This document shows, piece by piece, positions 38,327 to 46,747 of a stretch of DNA of 64,000 nt. Both the position numbers and the translations under genes were made by a program. The notes beneath the pieces were generated by a model, which was given only the letters and a program-made list of their open reading frames with translations, was not told where the DNA came from and ran no database searches. This DNA is from Candidatus Woesearchaeota archaeon. Lineage in GTDB: Archaea > Nanobdellota > Nanobdellia > Woesearchaeales > GW2011-AR15. Each line of letters starts with the position of its first letter. The stretch's first letter is position 1. The DNA is taken from the NCBI GenBank assembly GCA_038874655.1, contig JAVZBY010000004.1:11116-75115 (forward strand). The letters run 5' to 3'.

Positions 38327-40090
38327 TTAAAAATTAATTAAAGGTATTATATCTGAAATTTTTAACTTTTTTCTTGTAATTAATAATCTAGCAAAAAAGA
38401 ACAACAAAAAAAAGAAAAATATTATCAAAGTTTCTTTTACTAAAAACATTAAATTTAGTTCATTCAATAAAATTAAATCTCTTAACAAAGAGATTCCATG
38501 TGTCATTGGCATAAAAGGTGATATAAATTGAAAAAACCCTGGAGAAGTTTCAATTGGAAAAGTTCCTGCTCCAGAAGTAAGTTGAAGCATCAATAAAATT
38601 ATAGCAATGATTTGTCCTATTTTTCCAAATAAAACCATAACAAATTGAATTATAGCTAAAAATGTCCATGATAAAAATACTGTATAAATTAAAAAAAGTA
38701 AAATATTTTTAGGTTGTAATCCTATAAAAAGAATTAATGAAAAATCCAAAATTAATGCTTGTAATAAAGCCAAAATTGCTGGAAAAATTGATTTGCCTAA
38801 TGTAATAGAAAAATCTGAAAATTTTGAAATAATTAAACTATTATCTCTCTGATTTACAAATATCATAATAATTAACGCACCAACCCACAATGCAAGTAAT
38901 ATAAAATAAGGAGATAATGCTTCTCCATAAGTTTCTGCATTATCTTTACTTACATCAATGACAATAACAGGATTAAACAACATTTCTGATTTTTCCCTTA
39001 TTTTCTGTTCAGAAAAATCCTTTTTCAAATTATCACTTGCTTTTGCTAATTCTGAACTCAACTCATTTGAACCGTAATAAGACAACTTTATTCCATTTTC
39101 TAAAGTTGAAATACCTCTTTCTAATTTTCTAGAACCCTCTCTTAATTTTTGGCTTCCTTCATAAATCTTCTCTAAATTTTCACTTAACTTATATGAGCTT
39201 AAATAAACCTCATTATGCGCATTAACAAAAACAGAATTTTGTTTTTTCAAAAATTCCATTTTTAATTTATAACTAGGATCTATTACACCTTTATCTGCCA
39301 ATGAAGAGATTAAAACAGATAATTCATCTATATTTGAAGAAAATTGTTTGCTTCCTTCATATAATCTTTTATTTGCCTCTGCTAATTTTTCTGAACCATC
39401 TTTTACTTTATTTAAATAAAAACTTATATCTTCAATCCCTTCACTTAATTGATTACTTCCTTCTTTTAAAAGATTGCTTCCTGACTTTAATTTTTTAATT
39501 CCATTGCTTAAATCAGTTGAAACATCAGAAGCTTCAGACATATTATTTAGTAAAGATTCTGAAATTGGAATAATTTCATCTACATACTTATCTCTTATTT
39601 TTTCCTTCAAAGAATTATTTAACTCTTTAACTATTTCAAAACTTATTCTAGAACCTAAAAAATTATTAACATCTCTTTTCTCAAAAAATATTTCTGCTTT
39701 AACTGGCTCTTCTTTTATAGAAAAAACATTTTTAGTAAAATCTTTTGGTATAATTATAATTCCATAATATTTCTTATTATATAATCCGCTCATAGCTTCA
39801 TCATAATTAATAAAATAAAAATTAAAGTCCTTATTTTTCATTTCATCAATTAGCTCATCACCTAAATTTCTGTAATCACCATTATAAATATAACCTAAAT
39901 CTTGATTAACAACTGCTATTGGTAAATTTTTAACATTTCCATAAGGATCCCAAAAAGCCCATAAATAAAGAAAACCATAAATTAAAGGAATAAGTAAAAT
40001 AACAATTATAGCCAAAATCTTAAAAGGATCTCTTAAATATTTTTTAATTTCTGAAATTGCAATAAATAAGCTATCTTTCATTATAAACAC
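38327..40090 (-). CDS. YhgE/Pip-domain membrane protein (ABC-2 type permease with a large extracytoplasmic helical repeat domain)
   Basis: N-terminal TM helix. Extracellular region with repeated L..GS..L.EGS heptad-like units. C-terminal cluster of five TM helices typical of ABC-2. Confidence 0.65.
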   Translation of the reverse strand: MFIMKDSLFIAISEIKKYLRDPFKILAIIVILLIPLIYGFLYLWAFWDPYGNVKNLPIAVVNQDLGYIYNGDYRNLGDELIDEMKNKDFNFYFINYDEAMSGLYNKKYYGIIIIPKDFTKNVFSIKEEPVKAEIFFEKRDVNNFLGSRISFEIVKELNNSLKEKIRDKYVDEIIPISESLLNNMSEASDVSTDLSNGIKKLKSGSNLLKEGSNQLSEGIEDISFYLNKVKDGSEKLAEANKRLYEGSKQFSSNIDELSVLISSLADKGVIDPSYKLKMEFLKKQNSVFVNAHNEVYLSSYKLSENLEKIYEGSQKLREGSRKLERGISTLENGIKLSYYGSNELSSELAKASDNLKKDFSEQKIREKSEMLFNPVIVIDVSKDNAETYGEALSPYFILLALWVGALIIMIFVNQRDNSLIISKFSDFSITLGKSIFPAILALLQALILDFSLILFIGLQPKNILLFLIYTVFLSWTFLAIIQFVMVLFGKIGQIIAIILLMLQLTSGAGTFPIETSPGFFQFISPFMPMTHGISLLRDLILLNELNLMFLVKETLIIFFFFLLFFFARLLITRKKLKISDIIPLINF

Positions 40091-40120
40091 CTAATTTATA
40101 CCTTTTGTTTATGTTTAATT

Positions 40121-40810
40121 TTAAATTATGTTTAATTCTCCTTTTTCAATAAAAAGTACTCTATTAGCAATCATTAACTCTTGTTTTCTTTTTGTCGTGA
40201 AAATAAGAGTTTTTTCTTTAATTAAAGGTTCTATCTTTTTCCAAAAAAATATCATATTATCTTCACTCAATTCTTTTGTAATTTCGTCTAATAACAAAAC
40301 TTCTGGATCAGAAATATATGCTATCAAAAAAGATATGAATGCTTTTTCAACAGCACTTAAATCTTTAATACTTTTATTTGATATTTCAAACAATTTCAAA
40401 AAATTTTTTATCTTATCATTAGAAAAGGAAAGTTTTAAGCTTTTAGCATAATATTCAAGAATTTCAAAAATATCAAAATCCTCAAAAATAGGTTTAATAT
40501 TTTCTATAGCTGAAACTCCTATCTTAAGTTTAATATCTGCTTTTTCATAAAAAATAATCTCTCCTTTATGTTCTAAAAAACCTGCCATGCATAAAATTAA
40601 TAAGGTTTTTCCACTCCCAGAATCACCATAAATTGCAATTTTTTCTTTTTCAAAAACTTCAAATGAAATACCCTTTAGTAGTGGTTTATTAAAAAAATAT
40701 AAACTTAGATTATTTACTTGTAAAATTCTTTTTCTAGTTAAGTTATCTTTTTTAAAATTGAAATAATACTTTGATTTATTCTCTATATTTAACATAATAA
40801 AAGAGAACAA
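40121..40810 (-). CDS. ABC transporter ATPase-like protein with a degenerate signature motif
   Basis: Walker A GDSGSGKT and Walker B LLLDE are intact. The LSGGQ position reads LSAVEKAF. Adjacent to the YhgE permease. Confidence 0.55.
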   Translation of the reverse strand: MFSFIMLNIENKSKYYFNFKKDNLTRKRILQVNNLSLYFFNKPLLKGISFEVFEKEKIAIYGDSGSGKTLLILCMAGFLEHKGEIIFYEKADIKLKIGVSAIENIKPIFEDFDIFEILEYYAKSLKLSFSNDKIKNFLKLFEISNKSIKDLSAVEKAFISFLIAYISDPEVLLLDEITKELSEDNMIFFWKKIEPLIKEKTLIFTTKRKQELMIANRVLFIEKGELNII

Positions 40811-40889
40811 AAAACCTATTTATAAAATTAACCACTTTATAGTAGTTTTAAAACTATTTATAGTATTTTTAAAAGTTTGAAAGTTAAAA

Positions 40890-40962
40890 TGGGCCCGCCC
40901 AGACTCGAACTGGGGACCTACTCCGTGTAAGGGAGTTGTCATAGCCACTAGACCACGAGCCC
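40890..40962 (-). tRNA. tRNA-Val (anticodon UAC)
   Basis: Minus strand reads GGGCTCGTGGTCTAGTGGCTATGACAACTCCCTTACACGGAGTAGGTCCCCAGTTCGAGTCTGGGCGGGCCCA. Seven-bp acceptor stem with one G-U pair. Anticodon loop CTTACAC. T-loop TTCGAGT. Confidence 0.85.
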
Positions 40963-41002
40963 AAAACTAAAAAAATTAAAAAATAAAATAATAAAAACAT
41001 AT

Positions 41003-41605
41003 CTAAATTTGGTTTTGTTTATTTAATTTAGAGTTATTTGCATTTCTACTAGGTCTTATTTTTTCTGCTCCTTTTCCTTTATTTCTTAAACCTCTTGATT
41101 TTTTTGCTGATGAAGTTAATCCACGATAAACTCTACCTTTATTAGCTGGATTTTTTAACCATTCAAAATAATGTCTTGATAAAACCTCTGGATGATTTCT
41201 ATCTACCATAATAATTTCATACCAAAGATATCTACCATCCTCTCCAACCCAATAAGAATTTAAAACCTCGCAATTGGGATATTTTTTATTTGCTCTTTGT
41301 TCTGCAACTGTTTGATAATTCATCTCTAAAATTTTTCTTTGTCTTTGTGTTTTAGGTCTTCTTGCTTTTCTTATTGTTGGTCTCATTCGACCTCCTCTAG
41401 AAACTCTTTGCCTAACAATAAAAACTCCTTGAATTGCTTTATAACCTAATTCTCTTGCCTTATCTATTCTTGTTGGTTTTTCAATCCTGACTGTTACAGG
41501 TTCATTTCTCCATTGTATTAATCTTTGTTTCCAGAGCTCAGAAAGATTTTCTCTAGGTTTTTTCCACAAATTTTTCACATATTTATATAAACCCATTTTA
41601 TTCAC
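41003..41605 (-). CDS. rpl15e: Ribosomal protein L15e
   Basis: MGLYKYVKNLWKKP..RLIQWR is the typical eL15 sequence. SD GGTGA. Confidence 0.9.
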   Translation of the reverse strand: MNKMGLYKYVKNLWKKPRENLSELWKQRLIQWRNEPVTVRIEKPTRIDKARELGYKAIQGVFIVRQRVSRGGRMRPTIRKARRPKTQRQRKILEMNYQTVAEQRANKKYPNCEVLNSYWVGEDGRYLWYEIIMVDRNHPEVLSRHYFEWLKNPANKGRVYRGLTSSAKKSRGLRNKGKGAEKIRPSRNANNSKLNKQNQI

Positions 41606-41833
41606 CTTCCAGATTCAGGAGCCTTTTGGCTTATCCCACATCTCTTTTCATTTGAAAAAAGAAATACTTTATAAATTTTAGGTAAATTTTTAAATAAACA
41701 TTAAATCTAAAATAATGCTGAGGCTAAAAGCCTTGGGTTTCATCATTAATATGATGATTAAAGACTTTCTAGCTTCAGCCAGGAAATTTTAAAAAAATTA
41801 GAAAAACTTAACAAAATAAATTAAGGTGAAAGA

Positions 41834-42235
41834 ATGGCTGAATTTAAATTAGTTATAGGAGATCCTAAAACAGGAAAATCTTTACAAATTGTTGTATCTG
41901 GCGATAATGCAAAAGCATTTATTGGAAAAAAGATTGGAGATAAAATAAATGGCGAATCTTTTGACATGCCAGGCTATGAATTTGAAATTAGAGGTGGAGC
42001 AGATTATTGCGGTTTTCCAATGAGAAAAGATATTGAAGGTCCAATAAGAAAAAAGATTTTTATCACAAGTGGAATTGGAATAAGAAACAAAAACAAAGGA
42101 AATAAATACAAAAAAACAGTGTGTGGAAACACAATTCACGAAAAAATAACTCAGATTTCAATGAAAGTTATTAAATATGGAAAAAAACCATTATTCCCAG
42201 AAGCAGAACAAAAAACAGAACAACAAAATTCTTAA
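41834..42235 (+). CDS. rps6e: Ribosomal protein S6e
   Basis: MAEFKLVIGDPKTGKS is the eS6 N-terminus. SD AGGTGA. Confidence 0.85.
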   Translation: MAEFKLVIGDPKTGKSLQIVVSGDNAKAFIGKKIGDKINGESFDMPGYEFEIRGGADYCGFPMRKDIEGPIRKKIFITSGIGIRNKNKGNKYKKTVCGNTIHEKITQISMKVIKYGKKPLFPEAEQKTEQQNS

Positions 42236-42349
42236 TTTTTTTCAATTCTTTTTTCAATTCTATTTTTTTTTATTATATGATTTTTTAAATAAGATCTATA
42301 GCAAATTTTAAACTAAATTAGGATGTTAGTTAAACATATTTATTAGGGT

Positions 42350-43060
42350 TTAACCATTAAAATATGTAGAAAGTTCTTCTAAATCTCTTAAACTTGTAAA
42401 ATTATTATTTCCTATTATAACATGATCTAAAAGAGGAATTGAAACTAGTTTACATGCATTCGCTATTATTTTTGTAATTTCAATATCCTCTAAACTTGGT
42501 GTTGAATCTCCAGATGGATGATTATGCACTAAAATAATTGCAGAAGCAGATTCCATAATCGCACTTTTTAAAATCTCTCTTGGATGAATTAAGCTACTAT
42601 CCAATGTTCCAATAAACATAATCTCTTTTTTTATTAATCTTTTTTTCACATCCAAAAACAAACATAAGAAATGCTCTTTCTTTTCAATAGAAAATCTAGC
42701 ATGTAATAAATTAAAAACATCATTCGGCTCTTTAATCAAGGGTTTTTCATCATCCTTAAAAGAAGCTAATCTTCTTGATAATTCAAAACAAGCAACAATT
42801 TGACAAGCTTTTGCAAAACCAATTCCTTTAATTTTTAACAACTCATTTATTGATTTAATTGATAATTGCTTTAAATTATAAATAGACAATATCTCATTAG
42901 CTAAATCTAATACATTCTTTTCCTTTGTGCCTTTATTAAGGATAATTGCTAATAACTCAGCATTACTTAATGAGTTTACTCCATATTTAAACAATCTTTC
43001 TCTAGGTTTACTTTCAAATGGAAACTCCTTTATTGTTAATTTTTTATTAAGTTTATTCAT
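42350..43060 (-). CDS. radC: RadC-family JAB/MPN domain protein
   Basis: JAMM motif HNHPSG..PS.ED and the N-terminal HhH region typical of RadC/UPF0758. Confidence 0.75.
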   Translation of the reverse strand: MNKLNKKLTIKEFPFESKPRERLFKYGVNSLSNAELLAIILNKGTKEKNVLDLANEILSIYNLKQLSIKSINELLKIKGIGFAKACQIVACFELSRRLASFKDDEKPLIKEPNDVFNLLHARFSIEKKEHFLCLFLDVKKRLIKKEIMFIGTLDSSLIHPREILKSAIMESASAIILVHNHPSGDSTPSLEDIEITKIIANACKLVSIPLLDHVIIGNNNFTSLRDLEELSTYFNG

Positions 43061-43272
43061 TTTACCCTTTTATTAGTAAAAAAATAATAAAATTAAATAA
43101 TTTTTGTTTTTGAATTAGATTTTTACATAAAAGGAATAAATAATTACTCATTAATTAAAAATAAAAATGCCCTAGATTTTCTATAAAACTATTAAGAAAT
43201 AAAATTAAAAAAACATTAAAAAAATTAAAAAGTAGTTAATTTTATAAAGGATTTATTTTTCTTAAAAAATTT

Positions 43273-43794
43273 ATGGCAAGATTAAGAAAATTTGTATGTT
43301 ATAGGCGCTTAGAAAGGCCAAATACAAGAAAATCTAAGTATAGAAAAAAATCATTTGTTAGAGGTAATCCTGTTTGTAAAGTTGTAAAATTCAATATTGG
43401 TAATTTAAGTGGTAATTTTTCTCATAGAGTTGACTTATATGTAAAAGAAGCTTTACAAATAAGAGATAATGCCTTAGAATCTGGAAGAACAACAGCAACA
43501 AGATTATTAGAAAAAACATTAGGAAAAAACGGATTTAGATTACAAGTAAGAACATATCCTCATCACATTTTAAGAGAACACGCATTGGCAGCTGGTGCAG
43601 GTGCAGACAGATTTAGTTCTGGAATGGCACACTCTTTTGGAAAACCAATAGGAAATGCAGTTCAACTAAAAGAAAAACAAGTAATAATTTCTGTTTATGT
43701 AAATGAACAAAACATTCCAGTTGCTAGAGAAGCATTAAAAAAAGCTAACTATAAATTACCAACAACTTGTGGTATTTCTGTAAATAAAATTTAA
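43273..43794 (+). CDS. rpl10e: Ribosomal protein L10e (uL16)
   Basis: MARLRKFVCYRR..R.GNP is the characteristic L10e sequence. Confidence 0.85.
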   Translation: MARLRKFVCYRRLERPNTRKSKYRKKSFVRGNPVCKVVKFNIGNLSGNFSHRVDLYVKEALQIRDNALESGRTTATRLLEKTLGKNGFRLQVRTYPHHILREHALAAGAGADRFSSGMAHSFGKPIGNAVQLKEKQVIISVYVNEQNIPVAREALKKANYKLPTTCGISVNKI

Positions 43795-43841
43795 TAAACA
43801 AAAAATTAAATTTATTTTTTGTTTTTAATTTAAATTTTTTT

Positions 43842-44828
43842 TCAAACACTCTTATTGTTATAATTGTTTAAAATTAAATTTTTTAATGTCTCTACATCTA
43901 TAAAAATTTGAAAATTTTTTTCATAATTGTCTTCTATTAACTTAACAGATTCTTGTATTTCTTCATCTCTTAAATCTGTTTTACTTATATAAATAACAAA
44001 TGGTTTATGAAACTTCCTTAAAGCATATAATAATTTATCTTGTTTTTCAAATTCATCTGTTGGATCAAAAACAAAAACAACCAAATCTGCAACATATTTT
44101 AAAGCCAAATATGCTTGTAATTCTATATTATTCATTTTTTCTGGTCTATTTAATGTTCCTGGCGTATCTATTACTTGAACTGTTTTTCCACCTTCTTTAA
44201 TATAACCTAAATTTAATGACTTTGTTGTAAAAGGATAAGAATTTATTTCTGGTTTAGAACTAGTTAATCTTGATAACAAAGTTGTTTTTCCAACATTTGG
44301 AAAACCAAACAAACAAACAGAATAAACCGAAGTTTTAATAACTGGAAATTCTTTAAAAACCTTTCTTGCTTCTTCTAAATAAATTAAATGTTTTTTTATT
44401 TGTTTAACCACACTAGAAATTCTACCATAAAATTCTCTTGAATGATTTTTTATTGATAAATACTCCTTATCCTGTTTTATTTTATTCTTGTAAAAATTGA
44501 AAAAATAATCAAATTTTTCATTAGCCCATGATAAGCTAGCTAATGATTTTTTTAAATAAACATAATCTAATGTACATTTTACTAATTCTTTATAAAACTC
44601 ATTCAAACTATCAATATTAGGAAAATTATGTATAATTTTTTTAAATTCATCTTTTAAAAATGTTCTTACAAAATCTATTTTTTGTATTTCAATTTCTCTC
44701 AACTTTTTTAATTCGTCATTTATCTTTAATGATTTTTTTAATCCTGATGAAAATTTTTTTGCTTTTCTAAAAGCTAAATCTAAATAAAAATCAGAAGATT
44801 CTATCTTTTTTATATCTTGAAAGCTCAT
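43842..44828 (-). CDS. NOG1-family GTPase
   Basis: N-terminal NOG1-type helical domain followed by a G domain: FGFPNVGKTT, DTPG, plus N/TKxD-like elements. Confidence 0.65.
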   Translation of the reverse strand: MSFQDIKKIESSDFYLDLAFRKAKKFSSGLKKSLKINDELKKLREIEIQKIDFVRTFLKDEFKKIIHNFPNIDSLNEFYKELVKCTLDYVYLKKSLASLSWANEKFDYFFNFYKNKIKQDKEYLSIKNHSREFYGRISSVVKQIKKHLIYLEEARKVFKEFPVIKTSVYSVCLFGFPNVGKTTLLSRLTSSKPEINSYPFTTKSLNLGYIKEGGKTVQVIDTPGTLNRPEKMNNIELQAYLALKYVADLVVFVFDPTDEFEKQDKLLYALRKFHKPFVIYISKTDLRDEEIQESVKLIEDNYEKNFQIFIDVETLKNLILNNYNNKSV

Positions 44829-44914
44829 AAAACAAAAGAAAGAGATTTCATTTATAAAAGTTTATAATATAAAAGGTTCTAATGCAATAATCTAATAATA
44901 AAAAATAAAAAAAA

Positions 44915-45490
44915 TTAAACAAATGGCTTTATAATTTCATATAACAAACTCAAAATCGGCAAATAAATAATCAAATTAGAAATAAACTGAGTAACTTGAT
45001 GCATTGTAACTTCAACTGGATCGTATAACTTAATAAAAACTACAAATGCCAAGATTGTTCTTAAAATTAATGTCAAAAAAAAGAATTGCACAAAACTTAA
45101 ATGCATTGTTGGATTTATTAAACCAATTAAAAAAGCAGAAATTCCTGCTACTATTGGTGCTAAAATATAGCCTGGTGAAATAAAACTGTTTAAAGCATAA
45201 CAACTAATTCCAACTATAGGACCATATATTAAACCATATTTTGCTCCAAAAACATAACCTATAAAAAAAGTAAAAGCTGTATTACTTTCTATAGAAATAT
45301 TTGGTATCATTTTACTATATCTAATTGTAAGAAAAGTAAACGGCAAAAAAATAGCTAAAAGTGCTATACCAATAACATATTTAGCCCATATAAGAAAAGC
45401 AACAAGAACAAGAACGGAAATTAAAAGAACTCTTATATTGAGATATTTTTGTACTTTTTTTTTAAACTCTTCTCTATTAAATCTATCCAT
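44915..45490 (-). CDS. Hypothetical membrane protein
   Basis: Five or six predicted TM helices. Could be an ECF-transporter S-component-like protein, but unassigned. Confidence 0.35.
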   Translation of the reverse strand: MDRFNREEFKKKVQKYLNIRVLLISVLVLVAFLIWAKYVIGIALLAIFLPFTFLTIRYSKMIPNISIESNTAFTFFIGYVFGAKYGLIYGPIVGISCYALNSFISPGYILAPIVAGISAFLIGLINPTMHLSFVQFFFLTLILRTILAFVVFIKLYDPVEVTMHQVTQFISNLIIYLPILSLLYEIIKPFV

Positions 45491-45600
45491 TAAAATTATA
45501 AGATAATATCAAATGTTTTTAAATCTTTGGAATTAATGAAATCTTTAATTAATAACTATTTGAATTAAATAATTTTAAATAAATTAAAATACTCTAAAAA

Positions 45601-46647
45601 ATGATGATTAAAAATATGAACAACAACACTATTAATTCAAATACTAATAATTCAAATAAAACCAATAAATATTTACTACCTTTTGAAACTATAAAAAGAA
45701 GTGTCTTAATAAGAAAAATTTCTGAGACAAGTGAAAAATTTGGTTGCTATCCTGAAAACAGAAAAATTGAAGAGCACATAAAATTAGGAATAGTTAATAT
45801 TGATAAACCACAAGGTCCTACGAGTCATCAAGTAAGTGCTTATGTGCAAAAAATTCTAAACATAAACAAAAGTGGTCATGCTGGAACACTAGATCCTAAT
45901 GTAACAGGTGTTCTACCAATTGCTTTAGAAAAAAGCACTAAAATAGTACAAACACTACTTTTAGCAGGAAAAGAATATGTTTGTTTAATGCATCTTCACA
46001 AAAAAGTTGAGGAATATGAATTATATAAAGTTTTAGACAAATTTACTGGGAAAATAAATCAATTACCACCTGTAAAAAGTGCAGTCAAAAGACAATTACG
46101 AGAAAGAGAAATTTATTATATAGAGGTTTTAGAGATTAAAGACCAAGATGTTTTATTCAAAGTTGGTTGTCAAGCAGGAACTTATATAAGAAAATTAGTG
46201 CATGATATTGGTAAAGAATTAAATTGTGGTGCTCATATGGCTGAACTAAGAAGAACAAAAGCAGGACCTTTTAATGAAACAACTTTAACTACACTACAAG
46301 ATTTAACAGATGCTTATTATTACTATAAACAAGGAAATGAAAAATTTTTGAGAAAAATCATTCTTCCTATTGAATACGGAGTATCACATTTACCAAAAAT
46401 TTGGGTTATGGATACAACAGTTGATACATTATGTCATGGCGCTTCTTTAGCTGTTCCAGGAGTATCAAAGCTAGAAACAGGCATTAATAAAGGTGATATT
46501 GTCGCTATATTCACTTTAAAAAATGAACTTATTTGTTTTGGTGAAGCTTTATTAAGCTCTAAAGAGATGATGGGTGAAAAAGGTTTAGCAGTAAAAACTG
46601 ATAAAGTTGTAATGGAACCTGGTGTTTATCCTAAAATAAATAAATAA
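45601..46647 (+). CDS. cbf5: H/ACA RNP pseudouridine synthase Cbf5 (TruB family with PUA domain)
   Basis: GIVNIDKPQGPTSHQV and the catalytic GTLDP. C-terminal PUA domain. Asn-rich N-terminal extension of ~45 aa. Confidence 0.85.
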   Translation: MMIKNMNNNTINSNTNNSNKTNKYLLPFETIKRSVLIRKISETSEKFGCYPENRKIEEHIKLGIVNIDKPQGPTSHQVSAYVQKILNINKSGHAGTLDPNVTGVLPIALEKSTKIVQTLLLAGKEYVCLMHLHKKVEEYELYKVLDKFTGKINQLPPVKSAVKRQLREREIYYIEVLEIKDQDVLFKVGCQAGTYIRKLVHDIGKELNCGAHMAELRRTKAGPFNETTLTTLQDLTDAYYYYKQGNEKFLRKIILPIEYGVSHLPKIWVMDTTVDTLCHGASLAVPGVSKLETGINKGDIVAIFTLKNELICFGEALLSSKEMMGEKGLAVKTDKVVMEPGVYPKINK

Positions 46648-46747
46648 CTTAAAAAATTTTATAAAATTTTTTTAATAACTTCAACCAAACTTGAAATTAA
46701 CACAAAGTATATTAAAAAGGTTTTCTTACATAATTTTGGTGATAATA

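Noticed and set aside
41700-41790. Calling a definite C/D-box sRNA
   Set aside because: CUGA and UGAUGA elements are present but not in a clean C-D'-C'-D order with a terminal stem on either strand. Kept only as a low-confidence candidate.
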